This document shows, in pieces, positions 12,601 to 23,788 of a DNA stretch of 64,000 nt (position 1 is its first letter; each line of letters opens with the position of its first letter). The notes beneath the pieces were generated by a model, which saw only the letters and a list, made by a program, of their open reading frames with translations, made no database searches and had not been told where the DNA came from. Source of the stretch: Oikopleura dioica (taxonomy: Eukaryota; Animalia; Chordata); the NCBI GenBank assembly GCA_907165135.1, contig OU015567.1, forward strand, positions 1,364,001 to 1,428,000, given 5' to 3'. Made by a program: the position numbers and the translations under genes.

Positions 12601-12860
12601 TTATGGATTCTTTATAATAACTTACTCTATTTCCTACGACAGCTCATTTTCTCAGCAAGAATATTTCGAAAAAGCAGCATAAAACTTCAATAAGCTGCGA
12701 AAAGAGCACGTATCAATGGCGGAAATTTCCAGTTATTCATAGCCAGTGAGGAGATGCAAACAGAATGATTGCAACGCAAACGGACGCTGCATATAATCGT
12801 CAAGTGGTCGTCAAGACCTTCATTCTCAGTTTTTGAGTTTGAAAATAAGACACAGCTAAA

Positions 12861-13791
12861 AATGGCCCCACCAGTCCCAAAGGAAGTTGTCGCCAAGTTC
12901 GCCGAACACGGCTGTAAGTAAAAGAGAGAAAATAGCAAATAAGAGACTCAAAAATCTTTAACTTTTCTTACCCCTTTTCTCTAGTCGAAGAAGCCTGGGT
13001 TACTGAGGAATGGAACCTCTTCCACGAAAAGAACCCATCTGGCAAGATTGTCAAGAAGGACGCCATGGCCAAGCTAAAGGAAGCCGCCGCCGCTCGATTC
13101 CCCAACGCCATCCCCGAGAACGTCGCTGAGGTCCTCTACCCCGCCTTCGACCCCGAGGATAAAGGCGAGGTCGACTTTGTCGCTGCTGCCCGAGGACTGG
13201 CTGTTCTCTTCTGCTCCCGAATCGAAATCCGAGCTCAGCTCTTTTTCTCGTAAGTACAATTTTAGCATAAAATCTGAGGGGGTAAATACGCGTTTTTGAT
13301 TGGCTTAGAGGCCTATTTTGGGTTTTGAACTTTTGGTCGATTTTAAATCCGGCTTTTTAGTGTCAAATAAAACTGATTCTTGATCGTTTTATTTGGTCAG
13401 ACTTTCTGGGCACTGTAAACTGCCCTGCAAACAACAAACTCTATCAAATTTTATCATCCGGCCTTTTCGACTCATCAAACCAGAAAACCCGCATGATAGT
13501 CATTATCGTCCAGGCTTTCCGCCAAGACAAAACTGCGCTGCAAATATTGCTTCCCAAATAGCAAGCCACTTGTAACCGTGTTTATCTAGCCTCGTGGACG
13601 AATCTGGCGATGGCAAGATCAACAAGGCCGAGTTCACCAAATTCTTGGCTTTCGTCAACGAGACCCAGGCGCTGGGACTCTCTGAGGCCGATCTTAAGGC
13701 CATGTGCGACGAGATCTTCACTACCCTTGGCAAGACCGAGCTCACCCTCGATGACGTCCGAGACGTTGCCGCTGCTCGATGGGGATGCTAA
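12861..13791 (+). CDS. EF-hand calcium-binding protein (calcineurin B/NCS-like fold); exons 12861-12913, 12985-13249, 13590-13791
   Basis: EF loops FDPEDKGEVDF and VDESGDGKINKAEF. Canonical GT-AG introns and strong codon bias. Confidence 0.85.
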
Positions 13792-13901
13792 GCAAAAACA
13801 CCTTTTTTCATTCTGACACTTGTCTTTTACCAATCAAATGACATTGAATAAATTAGATAATTTGATAGACGATTTTTTATTCTAGGTAATCAACATTGCA
13901 G

Positions 13902-16900
13902 TTAACAAGTAAAATCGCCTGAGACTTCGAAAAGAACAGGTTGGTGATTTTGATTTGTCTTAACGCCGATGACTTCTTGATTGATGATTTCGTCGTCAAC
14001 AATTTTGATTTTCTCGATTGGAAAAAAGTCCAGCGTGTCCCTTGATTGCGCGCCACAGACGATGAAGATGTCGTTCTCGATTCTCAACGCTGATGATTCT
14101 TTTGAAGCCTAAAAGAAGCCAATGATTTATCGGAGTTTTAGAATAAAAGAACCTCTTGAAGAAGCCCAATGAGACTCCATGCTCCATCTTTCATCAGCCA
14201 AATATCTCGAGTAAGATCGGAAAGATCATCATCGCGTCCTCCAGCCATAATCATTGCACCACTGTCCAAACCAATTAAAACATGAGTCCTAATCGATCTA
14301 AAATTCTAGTAAGTGAAGGAACCTAAGTTGAAGTATTACTTTGGATGATCAGCAAGGCTTGTCCAGCCGGTCGGAGTCAACGTTTCTACTTTCTTGAAGG
14401 GGCCAACATTCAGAGCGGTACTACCACTGACGGATGTTGGTTGGCCTTGATACATAGCCAATTTTCCAAAGTCATGACGGTACTGCGGGACAAAAGTAGG
14501 TGTTGTCGTGAAAGTATCGAATACTTCACATCTTTTGCCCTTATTTTCGTGTGTCAAGATACTTGAGACAGGGCTTGCTATGAGAGAATTTCATGTTTTC
14601 AAGGAACTTATTTTTTAGAAAAAAGTTTCCTTCTGCATTTATCTATTAGATAAAGATGTATATTAAGGAGGTAGTCCCTGCTTTTCGCGATTTCGGCACT
14701 TTTTGAGCAGCGCTCAGACAAATTTGGGCTAATGTTTTAAAAAGCTCATCCCTTCGTCTAGAGTTGCCACTAAACGAAATTCTTCAATTCTAAAAAGTCA
14801 TAATGTAAAGCCTTCGAGCAAAAATTGTGTCTCAAAATCATGAAAAAAATAGTTTTTTAAAGAAGATTAATCTTAAGGGTAGGGTGGTAAATTTGGCCCA
14901 AAGCAGAGCTCATTAACTCTGGACTTATGAATGCTAGAATGCTAGTAATGGCTTAAAATAAAGATCTATCCTAGATCTTCTGAAGTTTTTTCTGTTCTGT
15001 CAAGAAAAAAATCACTTCCGGAGGCTTCAAAGTTGGCATCTCAGCCAAAATCGCAAAAATAGCCAATATACAAGGCTCAAAAACTCCGAAATTTGGCGGA
15101 AATCTTGGAAAAACAAAAAACCTTCTGTAATTCAGAGGATCTAGGAAAGATCTTTATTTTAAGCCATTACTGGGTACTCTAACATTTATAAGTCCAGAGT
15201 TTATGAGCTCTGCTTTGGCCGAATCGACCACCATAGCCTTAAATTATCTTTATAACAGACATTTATTTTTGTATTTTCATAATCTTAAGGTCATCAAAAA
15301 TCGAAATTAAGCTATAATTTTGGATAAAATAGTCAAAAAATCTATTGATTTTGAAATTTTTCATCAAAATTACACTTTTCAAGTGCGATTTTGGGGGCTT
15401 TTCTCTAATATTTGGAAAAAATGATCAATACCAAATTTGTAGCTCTTCTAACGAGCTTTCAGAATCTTTTATAAAAATTGGAAAATTCCGAGTTTGTCAA
15501 AACCGAGGACTACCTCCTTAAATATAAATTCTAGGACTTTCCATAGCGAGCCCTTGCTATACATCTCATCGAAGCAGACAAGTGCTAAAATATTAAATTT
15601 GAGGTCATTTTAATGGTTTTGATTAAACACGAATAGAAGAAAATGCAGTTCTACGGAACCATTGCACTGTTACCTTGCATTCCACCGTCAATGGCTACTG
15701 CGGCAGCTTTAGCGCCATAATAAAAGGTGAATTTTACTGGAAGCTCAGTGAACTCGCACCCATTCAGCATCGCTATCTTTATCAAGTCATCAGACAATGC
15801 TTTACTTTGACATAACTGTACCTTTTGCGCGCTTTCCATTCCTCCCCAGCCTCCTCCGAAAACATACATTTCTCCACGAACGACCGCAAAATGGCTTCCG
15901 TGAGTGTAGAGGGCAAAGTTGTTGGTTGTTGGGTCAATTGTCGAAGGCGCACTGACCGATACATCCGTCATTTCTCCACTTGAAGAGATCGTGTAAGCAT
16001 CTGCCATGTACCTTGGGAACACCAAAATGTGCTTCTCACAACCTTTTAAGCATTCCGAATCGTCAACATGACAGAGATTTATCTTAGAATAATTTTTTCC
16101 GATATTTTTCACAAAGAATTTAAAGAGAGCATCCTCTTGTTTGTCATTTCCTTGGTGAATTATGAACAAGAGGACACATGTGTGAATTCTAGGATCGGCG
16201 CCCACCATCGACCAAATCGACATTGTCGGGTGTCGGGCCGGGTTTTGGTCGGACCGACCCGACACGACATTGAGATTTGTCGTTGGTCGGTCGATGGTCG
16301 GGTTTTTGTCGGGTCTGTGGTCGGTTTTCGCTCATTCTCGGGCATGTTTTCTGACATAAATTCACTTCTGTTATTCGAGAAGTTTTTCATATTTTAATGT
16401 CACTAGCGCCAAACCATTTAGAATTTAGGACATTTATAAAATCGAAAGTTTCATAACCCCCATCTTTCGATTTTGAAGCTTTTTCATCATTCTCATTGGT
16501 TAAAAAAAAACCGACCACCGACCCGACCAAAAGGCCGACTCGACCCGACCCGACCCGACCATGATTTCGGCCATTTCAAAGTGGCCCGACCCGACCCGAC
16601 ATTGAAAAAGGGTGGTCGATGCCGACCCTAGGTGTGAATGGGATGAACAAGGTCAACACTTATTTTTATGGATAAGCTCACCTCGCAATCAAGCGTCATT
16701 TCGGTCGTTTCAGAGCTTCCAGGAAATATAAAATTAGTATACTCAAATTGAACAACGGAATCACTCGTCGACTCGGATCGCCAACGAAAATTCAGTCCAT
16801 TATCGATGGGGCAAAAATTGTCGACAAGCATGAGACTGTAACCAGCGTCCGTGTTATCAGTGACGGTGCATCTTTTGACGATGAATTTGGTGTCATTTAT

Positions 16901-18369
16901 CAATTCTGGAGCTTCGATCTGGGCGAATAGAGTGTTTCCAACAGTGATACTTGTCGATGAAAAATCAACTTTGTTTGTGTAATCCGCACTGTCGTAGAAA
17001 TTAATTGAATAAGACAGGTCAACGAATGGATTTCCAGCGTTGATCGTTTGAGAAACGGTTACTGCGTTGCTTTTTTTTGGTTTAAAAAAATACCATGAAA
17101 AAAAGTCGTCGATGTTAATTTCAAACCAAGCCTTGAATTGTAGTGGCTTGTTGCGGTCATGGTACTGTTAAAATGGCAAGCAAAGTCAAAAGTCCGTTTC
17201 CGCCCAATTACAACGCCATTTGCAACTCTACTTCCAACAGGGCTGGCAAATTAGGGTCCCGCCAGCCGCACTAATTTGAGTTAGAACCCTATTGTTAGAA
17301 CCCTAACTCTCATTTTATAACTTTTTAGTGCGATTAGTACGAGTTGGAAAAAGCCGCACTAAAATCGTCCTAAAAGAGGCGCGCGCTTATTGGTCCGCCA
17401 ATCATGGCGGGTCATTCGTTTTTCTCATCCATTCAGCTCCATTCTTTTTCAATCTTCCACCAATTTGTCCTCCGCGCCTGGTGGGAAGCGCGCGCCGATT
17501 GGATGATGAAAAAGAGCCTCCAAATTAGTACGGTTAGGGCGGCGATTCAGTCCTAATAGACGAAAAAATATCAAGGAAAAAAAATAGGACGGGTAGGACG
17601 GGGATGCCGCACTAATTCGCACTAATTTTGAGTTAGAACCCTAACAATTTTTCGGTAGTGCGGCTGTTAGGACCCTAATTTGCCAGCCCTGACTTCCAAT
17701 ATGAAGAGTATTGCTGAAAGAAAAAGTGCCATTCTTTTCGAGGAAATTTGATTTTTTACCTAAAAAATATCCTTTTGTTGGATCCTATTTCCGTTCCTGG
17801 GTGTCGACAACAGTTCCACAATCGTAAAACGACGATGGTGTTATCTTCCAATGAGTAGTACCGTCTTCAACAGCTGAGCAGTTGTCGTGATTGAGATGGA
17901 TTGATGCTTGATCAACTTCAGGAACAACACATTTATCGAGAAAAATAGTCGGCCCCGATGCTCCACAGGTAATGTTTCCTTTATCCGGCGCAATGAGACA
18001 TGTCTTTCCGTCCGAATCTAACCGTCAAAATAAAACTTTAAAAGTAGTAAAAAAGCCATACCAAGCGTCCAGCAGTCTGGACAGGAGCAAACTCCCTCTG
18101 AGCAAAAGTGGGAGCAGCCTCCATTATTTCCATCGAAACAAGTTGCATGAACTGCACTTGCCAAAATGACAAAGCTTTTTGAGTTCCAAATTAATAGTCA
18201 AAAAAACGCTAAGTCAAAAATTTAGACAAAATTTTGGTTAAAAATTTCAATAATTTTGTTGATTTGAGCCTCCTCCCCGAAAAGCATGGAGTTGCAATAT
18301 GTTTATCAAAGACTGACCTTAAATAATTGAAACGGTTAAAATATTCGAACTTATCCTTATAGGCTTCAT
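13902..18369 (-). CDS. Paralogue B1: signal peptide + EGF + ZP-N/ZP-C module + kelch-like beta-propeller
   Basis: MKPIS... signal across a GA-AG intron (18175-18355). EGF motif CFDGNNGGC, ZP motifs FDFACHF and FIVKRCTV...CPIDN...FEYTNF...LDCE, propeller motifs FAVVRGEMYVFGG and LTPTGW. One ZP-N exon is interrupted by a hAT MITE, so function depends on splicing. Confidence 0.8.
14667..15517. mobile_element. TTAA-targeting (Kolobok-type) MITE, outer element, in a B1 intron
   Basis: TTAA at 14663-14666 and 15518-15521. TIR GGAGGTAGTCC, perfect 11 bp. Absent from paralogue B2. Confidence 0.88.
14877..15238. mobile_element. TTAA-targeting MITE nested in 14667-15517, with ~105-bp imperfect TIRs
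   Basis: TTAA at 14873-14876 and 15239-15242. GG...CC termini. The arms share CAAAGCAGAGCTCAT, CTCTGGACTTAT and GTAATGGCTTAAAATAAAGATCT. Confidence 0.88.
16188..16631. mobile_element. hAT-like MITE with CCGAC(C) motif arrays, intronic in B1
   Basis: GTGTGAAT repeated at 16180-16187 and 16632-16639. Termini CTAGGATCGGC / GCCGACCCTAG. Empty site in B2 near 22240. Confidence 0.8.
17238..17691. mobile_element. hAT-type MITE inserted in a coding exon of B1
   Basis: Perfect 8-bp TSD ACTTCCAA (17230-17237, 17692-17699) and perfect 22-bp TIR CAGGGCTGGCAAATTAGGGTCC. B2 has the empty site within codons IGSRVA near 22850. Confidence 0.95.
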
Positions 18370-18644
18370 CAGCGCTTGAAGAGCTCTTTCTCTAAAAAAA
18401 AATAAAACGCTATCAGTCAAGTACGTCGCGCTTTAACCCAAAAGAACGTGGCTGCCCACGTTTCTAAAAGAAGGAATTCTTGAATTGCACCCAAAGGCAA
18501 GTTAAAGTTCGACGTTTTCTCTCAAGTTTTAATTTATCATGTGATCATTCTGCAACGTTTACATTGTTAACTATAAAACACAGAATTTCATTTTTGATTT
18601 TTTATTTTCAAAAAAAAAAATACAAAATTTGTAAAGCAGGAGTT

Positions 18645-19311
18645 ATTCTTCAGTTTCTTCATCAATTGTGAAAAGTCCCTCTTCATACATGACTCGCTGG
18701 AGAAATTGCAGAAATTGAAACGCATGAACATAAATTCCATCTTGAATAGAAAATAATTATCATCGATTAATCGAATCATTATTTACCTTGACGATTTATC
18801 TTGTTAATCGGTTCTACAGGAAATCCGGTTCGAGGGACAGCGCTTCTCATGAACTGGCTACTTTGAAGTTGTTTCCGATCCGTTTCGAGAGAAAAACATG
18901 ATTCTTGAAATTCATTCTTCCAAGAGCACTCCTGATTTGAACACTGACACGAGTTTTCTTGTCGACTTCCTCCGCATGAGTACTCGCATGAGCGGTGATA
19001 TCTTTTTCAAATGGTGCATTTGAATTCTGCCACCGTGCTCGGAAGATCTTTCAAGAAAACGCTGAACTTTCCTGAAATATATTGATAGTCTTCAAGAAGT
19101 TAGGTTTTATCGAAATCATTGAAGATAACTTCATACTTGCGAAAATTCTTAAAATTCTTGAGTTTCTTCTTTGAGACTTCACTGAGGTCTCCGATTCTCT
19201 TTCTTTAATTTTTTTTATTCTCTATGAAATTATGAAATATAACGTCCTCAGTTTCCATCACAATCTCGCTTATTTTTGATGTTGGCTTTTGATTTTTTAT
19301 CGAAATTTTAC
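18645..19311 (-). pseudogene. 5'-truncated copy (A1) of gene A2 (23789-24900)
   Basis: Colinear similarity to 23790-24530. Lacks the 5' exons and the Thr repeat. In-frame TGA (ACC ATT TGA) where A2 reads CTIERY. Confidence 0.8.
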
Positions 19312-19313
19312 CT

Positions 19314-19735
19314 GAAACCGGATCTGACCATTACAAATTTCTTTTTCATGGAGAAAAAAACTACATGGAGCGATCTTGCCATGCCAATAAGCTCAACCTG
19401 CCGGAGAGCAAGCAAAAAGACATGATAACATGATTAGAAATTGTCATGGCCCATGACTCATGGCGAATAATTTTGGGCTTTGTTCTACGCGGTAAGGGAG
19501 TGAAAAGCGATCAAGAGATAATGATCTTTTCTAGAATTGAGGAAGAAAAGATCGACAGTCAAAATTCTTTCTTTCATTATTCAAACACAATTTGGCACAA
19601 GAACGATAATGTAACGAATGGAAAATATCCGAGAGAAGAATTTATCGCTTGGAAATGCTCCTACGGCTCGCGCTACCACATCACTCCTGATTGCAAAAAT
19701 GAAACTCATCCCGAAGAATGCCAGAAAATTCGACA
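19314..19735 (+). pseudogene. Internal fragment (C') of gene C (26346-27319)
   Basis: Matches ~26600-26995 (YSNTIWHKND...WKCSYGSRYHITPDCKNETHPEECQK). Lacks exon 1, has small duplications and a stop (ATA ACA TGA), and is cut at the duplication boundary. Confidence 0.85.
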
Positions 19736-19794
19736 AAATTTGATAATTTGACCAACAATCTTTTGACTTAACAAGGAATTAATCAAAATAATAG

Positions 19795-22700
19795 TTAACA
19801 AGTGAAATCAGCTGATACTTCGAAAAGAACGGGTTGTTGATTTTGATTTGTCTTACTGCCGATGACTTCTGAATTGATGAGTTCGTCGTCAACGATTGTT
19901 AGTTTCTCAATCGGAAAATAGTTCAGCTTTTCTGTTGATTGCGCACCACAGACGATGAAGATGTCGTTACCGATTCTCAACGCCGATGATTCTCTTGATC
20001 TCTGAAAAATTGTTCGTTAGATTGTTATTAATGAGAAAGGATTAACGTCGCTAAGAAAACCAATATTACTCCATAAGCCGTCCTTCAGAAGCCAAATTTC
20101 TCGAGTAAGGTCAGGAATATCTGGATTGTATCCGCCAGCCATCACCATTGCACCACTGTCCAAACCAATTAAGACATGAGCCCTTATATTTCTGAAATTC
20201 TAGTCCGCGTAAGAACCTTAGTTAAAGTATTACTTTGGATGATCAGCAAGGCTTGTCCACCCGGTTGGAGTAAGCGTTTCAACTTTCTTGAAGGGGCCAA
20301 CATTCAGAGAGCTTGTTCCACCGGCGGTTGTTGGTTGGCCTTGATACATACCCAATTTACCAAAGCCATGATGGTACTGCGGGACAAAAGTAGTAGGTGC
20401 TGTCGTAAAAGCATCGAATACTTCACATCTTTTGCCCTTATTTTCGTGTGTCAAGAGACTTCAGACTGGGCTCGCCACGATAGAAAATAAAATTTTTCGA
20501 AGAAATATATTCAACGAGAATTCAGCTTGCTTCCTAGTTTATATAAAATAATGATAATGATAATTATATCAATACTTAAATATTATAAATATTTTATTAA
20601 TTATAGGACTTTCTTAAGCCCTTGCTTTACATCAAGGTGAAGGGCGGCCACGTTCCAATTTGCGAACACCGTTCGCAACAAAGTTAAAAAGTGTCCCGAA
20701 TATCCACTTCGCGCATTTTCAACTCAGTTGGGTTGGCAGAAGCAGTCTTCCTCTACCGCTGGGACACATTTTGAAAAAAGTTAACTTCTCAATACACAGG
20801 CGCGCGACTAAGCGCTCAAAACACGGGGTCGGGTTAGGGTTAGGGTTAGGGTTAGGGTTAGGGTTAGAGTTAGGGGTCGGCGCGCAAAATTTGGAGTGTG
20901 ATAAAGAGCGCTCAAGACTTTTAGCTCTAACTTGCGTTTCCGGCAAGCAAAAAAGTTACTAAACATATTGCTGGAAAGCTTGAACACTCACCTATCAAGA
21001 TTTACAATTAATTCTGCAAAACACTTTTTGAATTTAAAGCTGAAGATTGAAAGATAAATCCAGTGCAAAACGCCACCACTTTTGAGAAAAGTTCCAAAAT
21101 TTCACAAAGTGGTTCGTTTCAGTCATCTTAGCTCACATTTCAAAAATCAGGTCAAATGGATAAGCACAAGAGAAATTACGGCGGCTCAAAATCGCCGTGG
21201 TCGGTTGAACCGACCACGTGTATTGAGAAGTTAAGAACGATTTTTCGATTTTGCGAACGCCCTTCGGAAAATCGCCGCCCGCCACCCGTATATCGTATCA
21301 AAGCAGACGAGAGCTAAAAACATTTAAGGATATAGTAATCGCACTTGGTCATTTGACGCTTGAATTCTTCAGTAACTTATAAATTATAATAAGTTATTAG
21401 TTGTTATAAGTTATAATGCTAGAGTTTCCTGCAATGACTCAAAATTACTTTTAGAGAAAATTTAGAAAAGTGACAAGAGCTTTTATCAAATAACCCTCAA
21501 GAACTGGTAGTCATAGTGCACATGAGGATCCCTGAAAATCACGAAATTTGGCATTTTCCGCAGAGTAGCCAACTTTGACGGGCTAGAAAAAATATTTCTT
21601 CTTTGAATTTCGAAAAAAAATTCTTGTTAATAGTAAAAACTAGGATACCCAGGAATTCAAGCTCAAAGTAGGCCTCAACGATGACTATACCCTTACTAAG
21701 CTTTTTTACGTTTTTATCAGCAAGGAGAAAGATGAAATGTAGTGGTACTGTTACCTTGCATTCCGCCGTCTATGGCGAGTGCTGCAGACTCAGCGCCATA
21801 ATAAAAAGTGAATTTAACTGGAAGCTCGGTGAACTCGCACCCATTCAGCATCGCTATCTTTATCAAAACATCAAAAAATTAATAACTTGGACATTATTAT
21901 ACCTTTTGATTGCTTTCCATGCCATAGCCTCCTCCAAAAACATACATTTCTCCACGAACGACCGCAAAATGACTTCCACCAGTATATTCAGCAAAATTAA
22001 TTGTATTTGAATCTATTGTCGATGGCGCACTGACCGATACATCCGTCATTTGTCCACTTGAAGAGATCGTGTAAGCATCTGCCATATAACTAGGGAACAC
22101 CAAAATGTGCTTCTCACAACCTTTCAAGCATTCCGAATCGTCAACATGGCAGAGATTAATCTAAAAATATTTTTTACGATATTTTTCTCAAAGAATTTAA
22201 AATTTTGTAATTTGCCTGGTGAATAATGAACAAGGGAACACATGTTTGAATTTAAGGGATGAAAAAAGACACCACTTATTTTTAAGGATAAGCTCACCTC
22301 GCAATCAAGCGTCATTTCAGTCGTTTCAGAGCTTCCAGGAAATATAAAATTAGTATACTCGAATTGAACAACAGAATCACTCGTCGAATCCGATCGCCAA
22401 CGAAAATTGAGACCATTATCGATTGGGCAAAAATTGTTGACAAGCATGAGACTGTAACCAGCGTCGGTGTTATCAGTGACGGTGCATCTTTTGACGATGA
22501 ATTTCGTATCATTTATCAATTCTGGAGCTTCGATCTGGGCGAAAAGAGTGTTGCCGACGGTGATACTTGTGGATGAAAAGTCAACTTTGTTTGTGTAATC
22601 TGCACTATCGTAAAAATTGATTGAATAAGACAGGTCGACAAATGGATTTCCAGCGTTGATCGTTTGAGAAACGGTTACTGCGTTGCTTTTTTTTTGGTTT

Positions 22701-23523
22701 AAAAAATTACAATGAAAAAAAAAGTCGTCGATGTTAATTTCAAACCAAGCCTTGAATTGTAGTGGCTTGTTGCGGTCATGGTACTGTTAAAATGACAAGC
22801 AAAGTCAAAAGTCCGTTTCCGCCCAATGACAACGCCATTTGCAACTCTACTTCCAATGTGAAGAGTATTGCTGAAAGAAAAAGTGCCGTTCTTTCCAAGG
22901 AATTTTGAAATTTGGCTTTCAATGAATGAGAAACTTTCTTATTTCCGTTCCTGGGTGTCAACAACAGTTCCACAATCGTAAAAAGAAGATGGTGTTATCT
23001 TCCAATGAGTAGTACCGTCTTCAACCGCTGAACAGTTGTCGTGATTTAGATGGATTGAGAGTTGATCAACTTCAGGCACAACACATTTATCAAGAAAAAT
23101 AGTCGGCCCCGATGCTTCACAGGTAATGTTGCCTTTCTCTGGCGCAATGAGACATGTCTTCCCGTCCAAATCTAACCGTCAAAATTAAACTTGAAAACAT
23201 TAGAAAACAATACCAAGCGTCCAGCAGTCCGGACAGGAGCAAACCCCCTCTGAACAAAAGTGCGAGCATCCTCCATTGTTTCCATCGAAACAAGTTGCAT
23301 GAACTGCACTTGTCAAAATGACAAAGCTTTTCGAGTTCCAAATTAACAGTCAAAAAAAAACGTTGAGTCAAAAATTTAGACAAAATTTTGGTCAAAAATT
23401 TCAATTATTTTGTTGATTCGAGCCTCCTCCCCGAAAAAAAGGGAGTTACAATGAGTTTATCAAAGACAAATTTTTAATAATTGAAACAGCGAAAATATTC
23501 GAACTTTTCCTTATAGGCTTCAT
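19795..23523 (-). CDS. Paralogue B2: signal peptide + EGF + ZP module + kelch-like beta-propeller
   Basis: Same exon structure as B1, starting MKPISFVILTSAVHATCFDGNNGGCSHFC. One propeller exon is interrupted by the 20634-21288 insertion, with a TAA in the orphaned piece, so B2 is either rescued by a new donor or a young pseudogene. Confidence 0.75.
20634..21288. mobile_element. Unclassified insertion carrying a TTAGGG array, inserted in a B2 exon
   Basis: Flanks TACATC (20628-20633) and TATATC (21289-21294). Imperfect termini AAGGTGAAGGGCGG / CGGGTGGCGGGCGG (10/14). Subterminal TTGCGAAC motifs near both ends. Absent from B1. Confidence 0.7.
20831..20875 (+). repeat. Interstitial telomere-type array, ~7 GGGTTA units
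   Basis: GGGTTAGGGTTAGGGTTAGGGTTAGGGTTAGGGTTAGAGTTAGGG, flanked by GGGGTC(GG) motifs. Confidence 0.9.
21328..21692. mobile_element. TTAA-targeting (Kolobok-type) MITE, intronic in B2
   Basis: Left flank TTAA, right flank TTAC. TIR GGATATAGTAATCG vs GGGTATAGTCATCG (12/14). Absent from B1. Confidence 0.8.
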
Positions 23524-23788
23524 AAGCGTTCGAAGAGGTCTTTCTCTAGAAAAAAATAAACGTTATCAATCCAGTGCGTCGTGCTCTAACCCGAAAGAAC
23601 GTGGCTGCCAACGTTCCTGAAAGGTGGATTTCTTGAATTGCACCCAAAGGCAAGTTAAAGTTCGACGTTTTCTGGTAAGTTTTTATTTATCATATGATTA
23701 TTTCGCAACGTTGAAAACACAGAATTTTATGTTTTTTTTATTTTCAGAAAAATACAAAATTTATAGGGCAGGAGTTATTCAGAATTTA

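Noticed and set aside
3393-13791. Run of same-strand genes as a trans-spliced operon
   Set aside because: Most gaps are 140-260 bp or more and contain AATAAA-like signals; only 11045-11123 is short. This cannot be supported without SL-RNA data.
20831-20875. True telomere or chromosome-fusion scar
   Set aside because: It has only ~7 units, sits inside an insertion with flanking duplication, and shows no head-to-head TTAGGG/CCCTAA junction.
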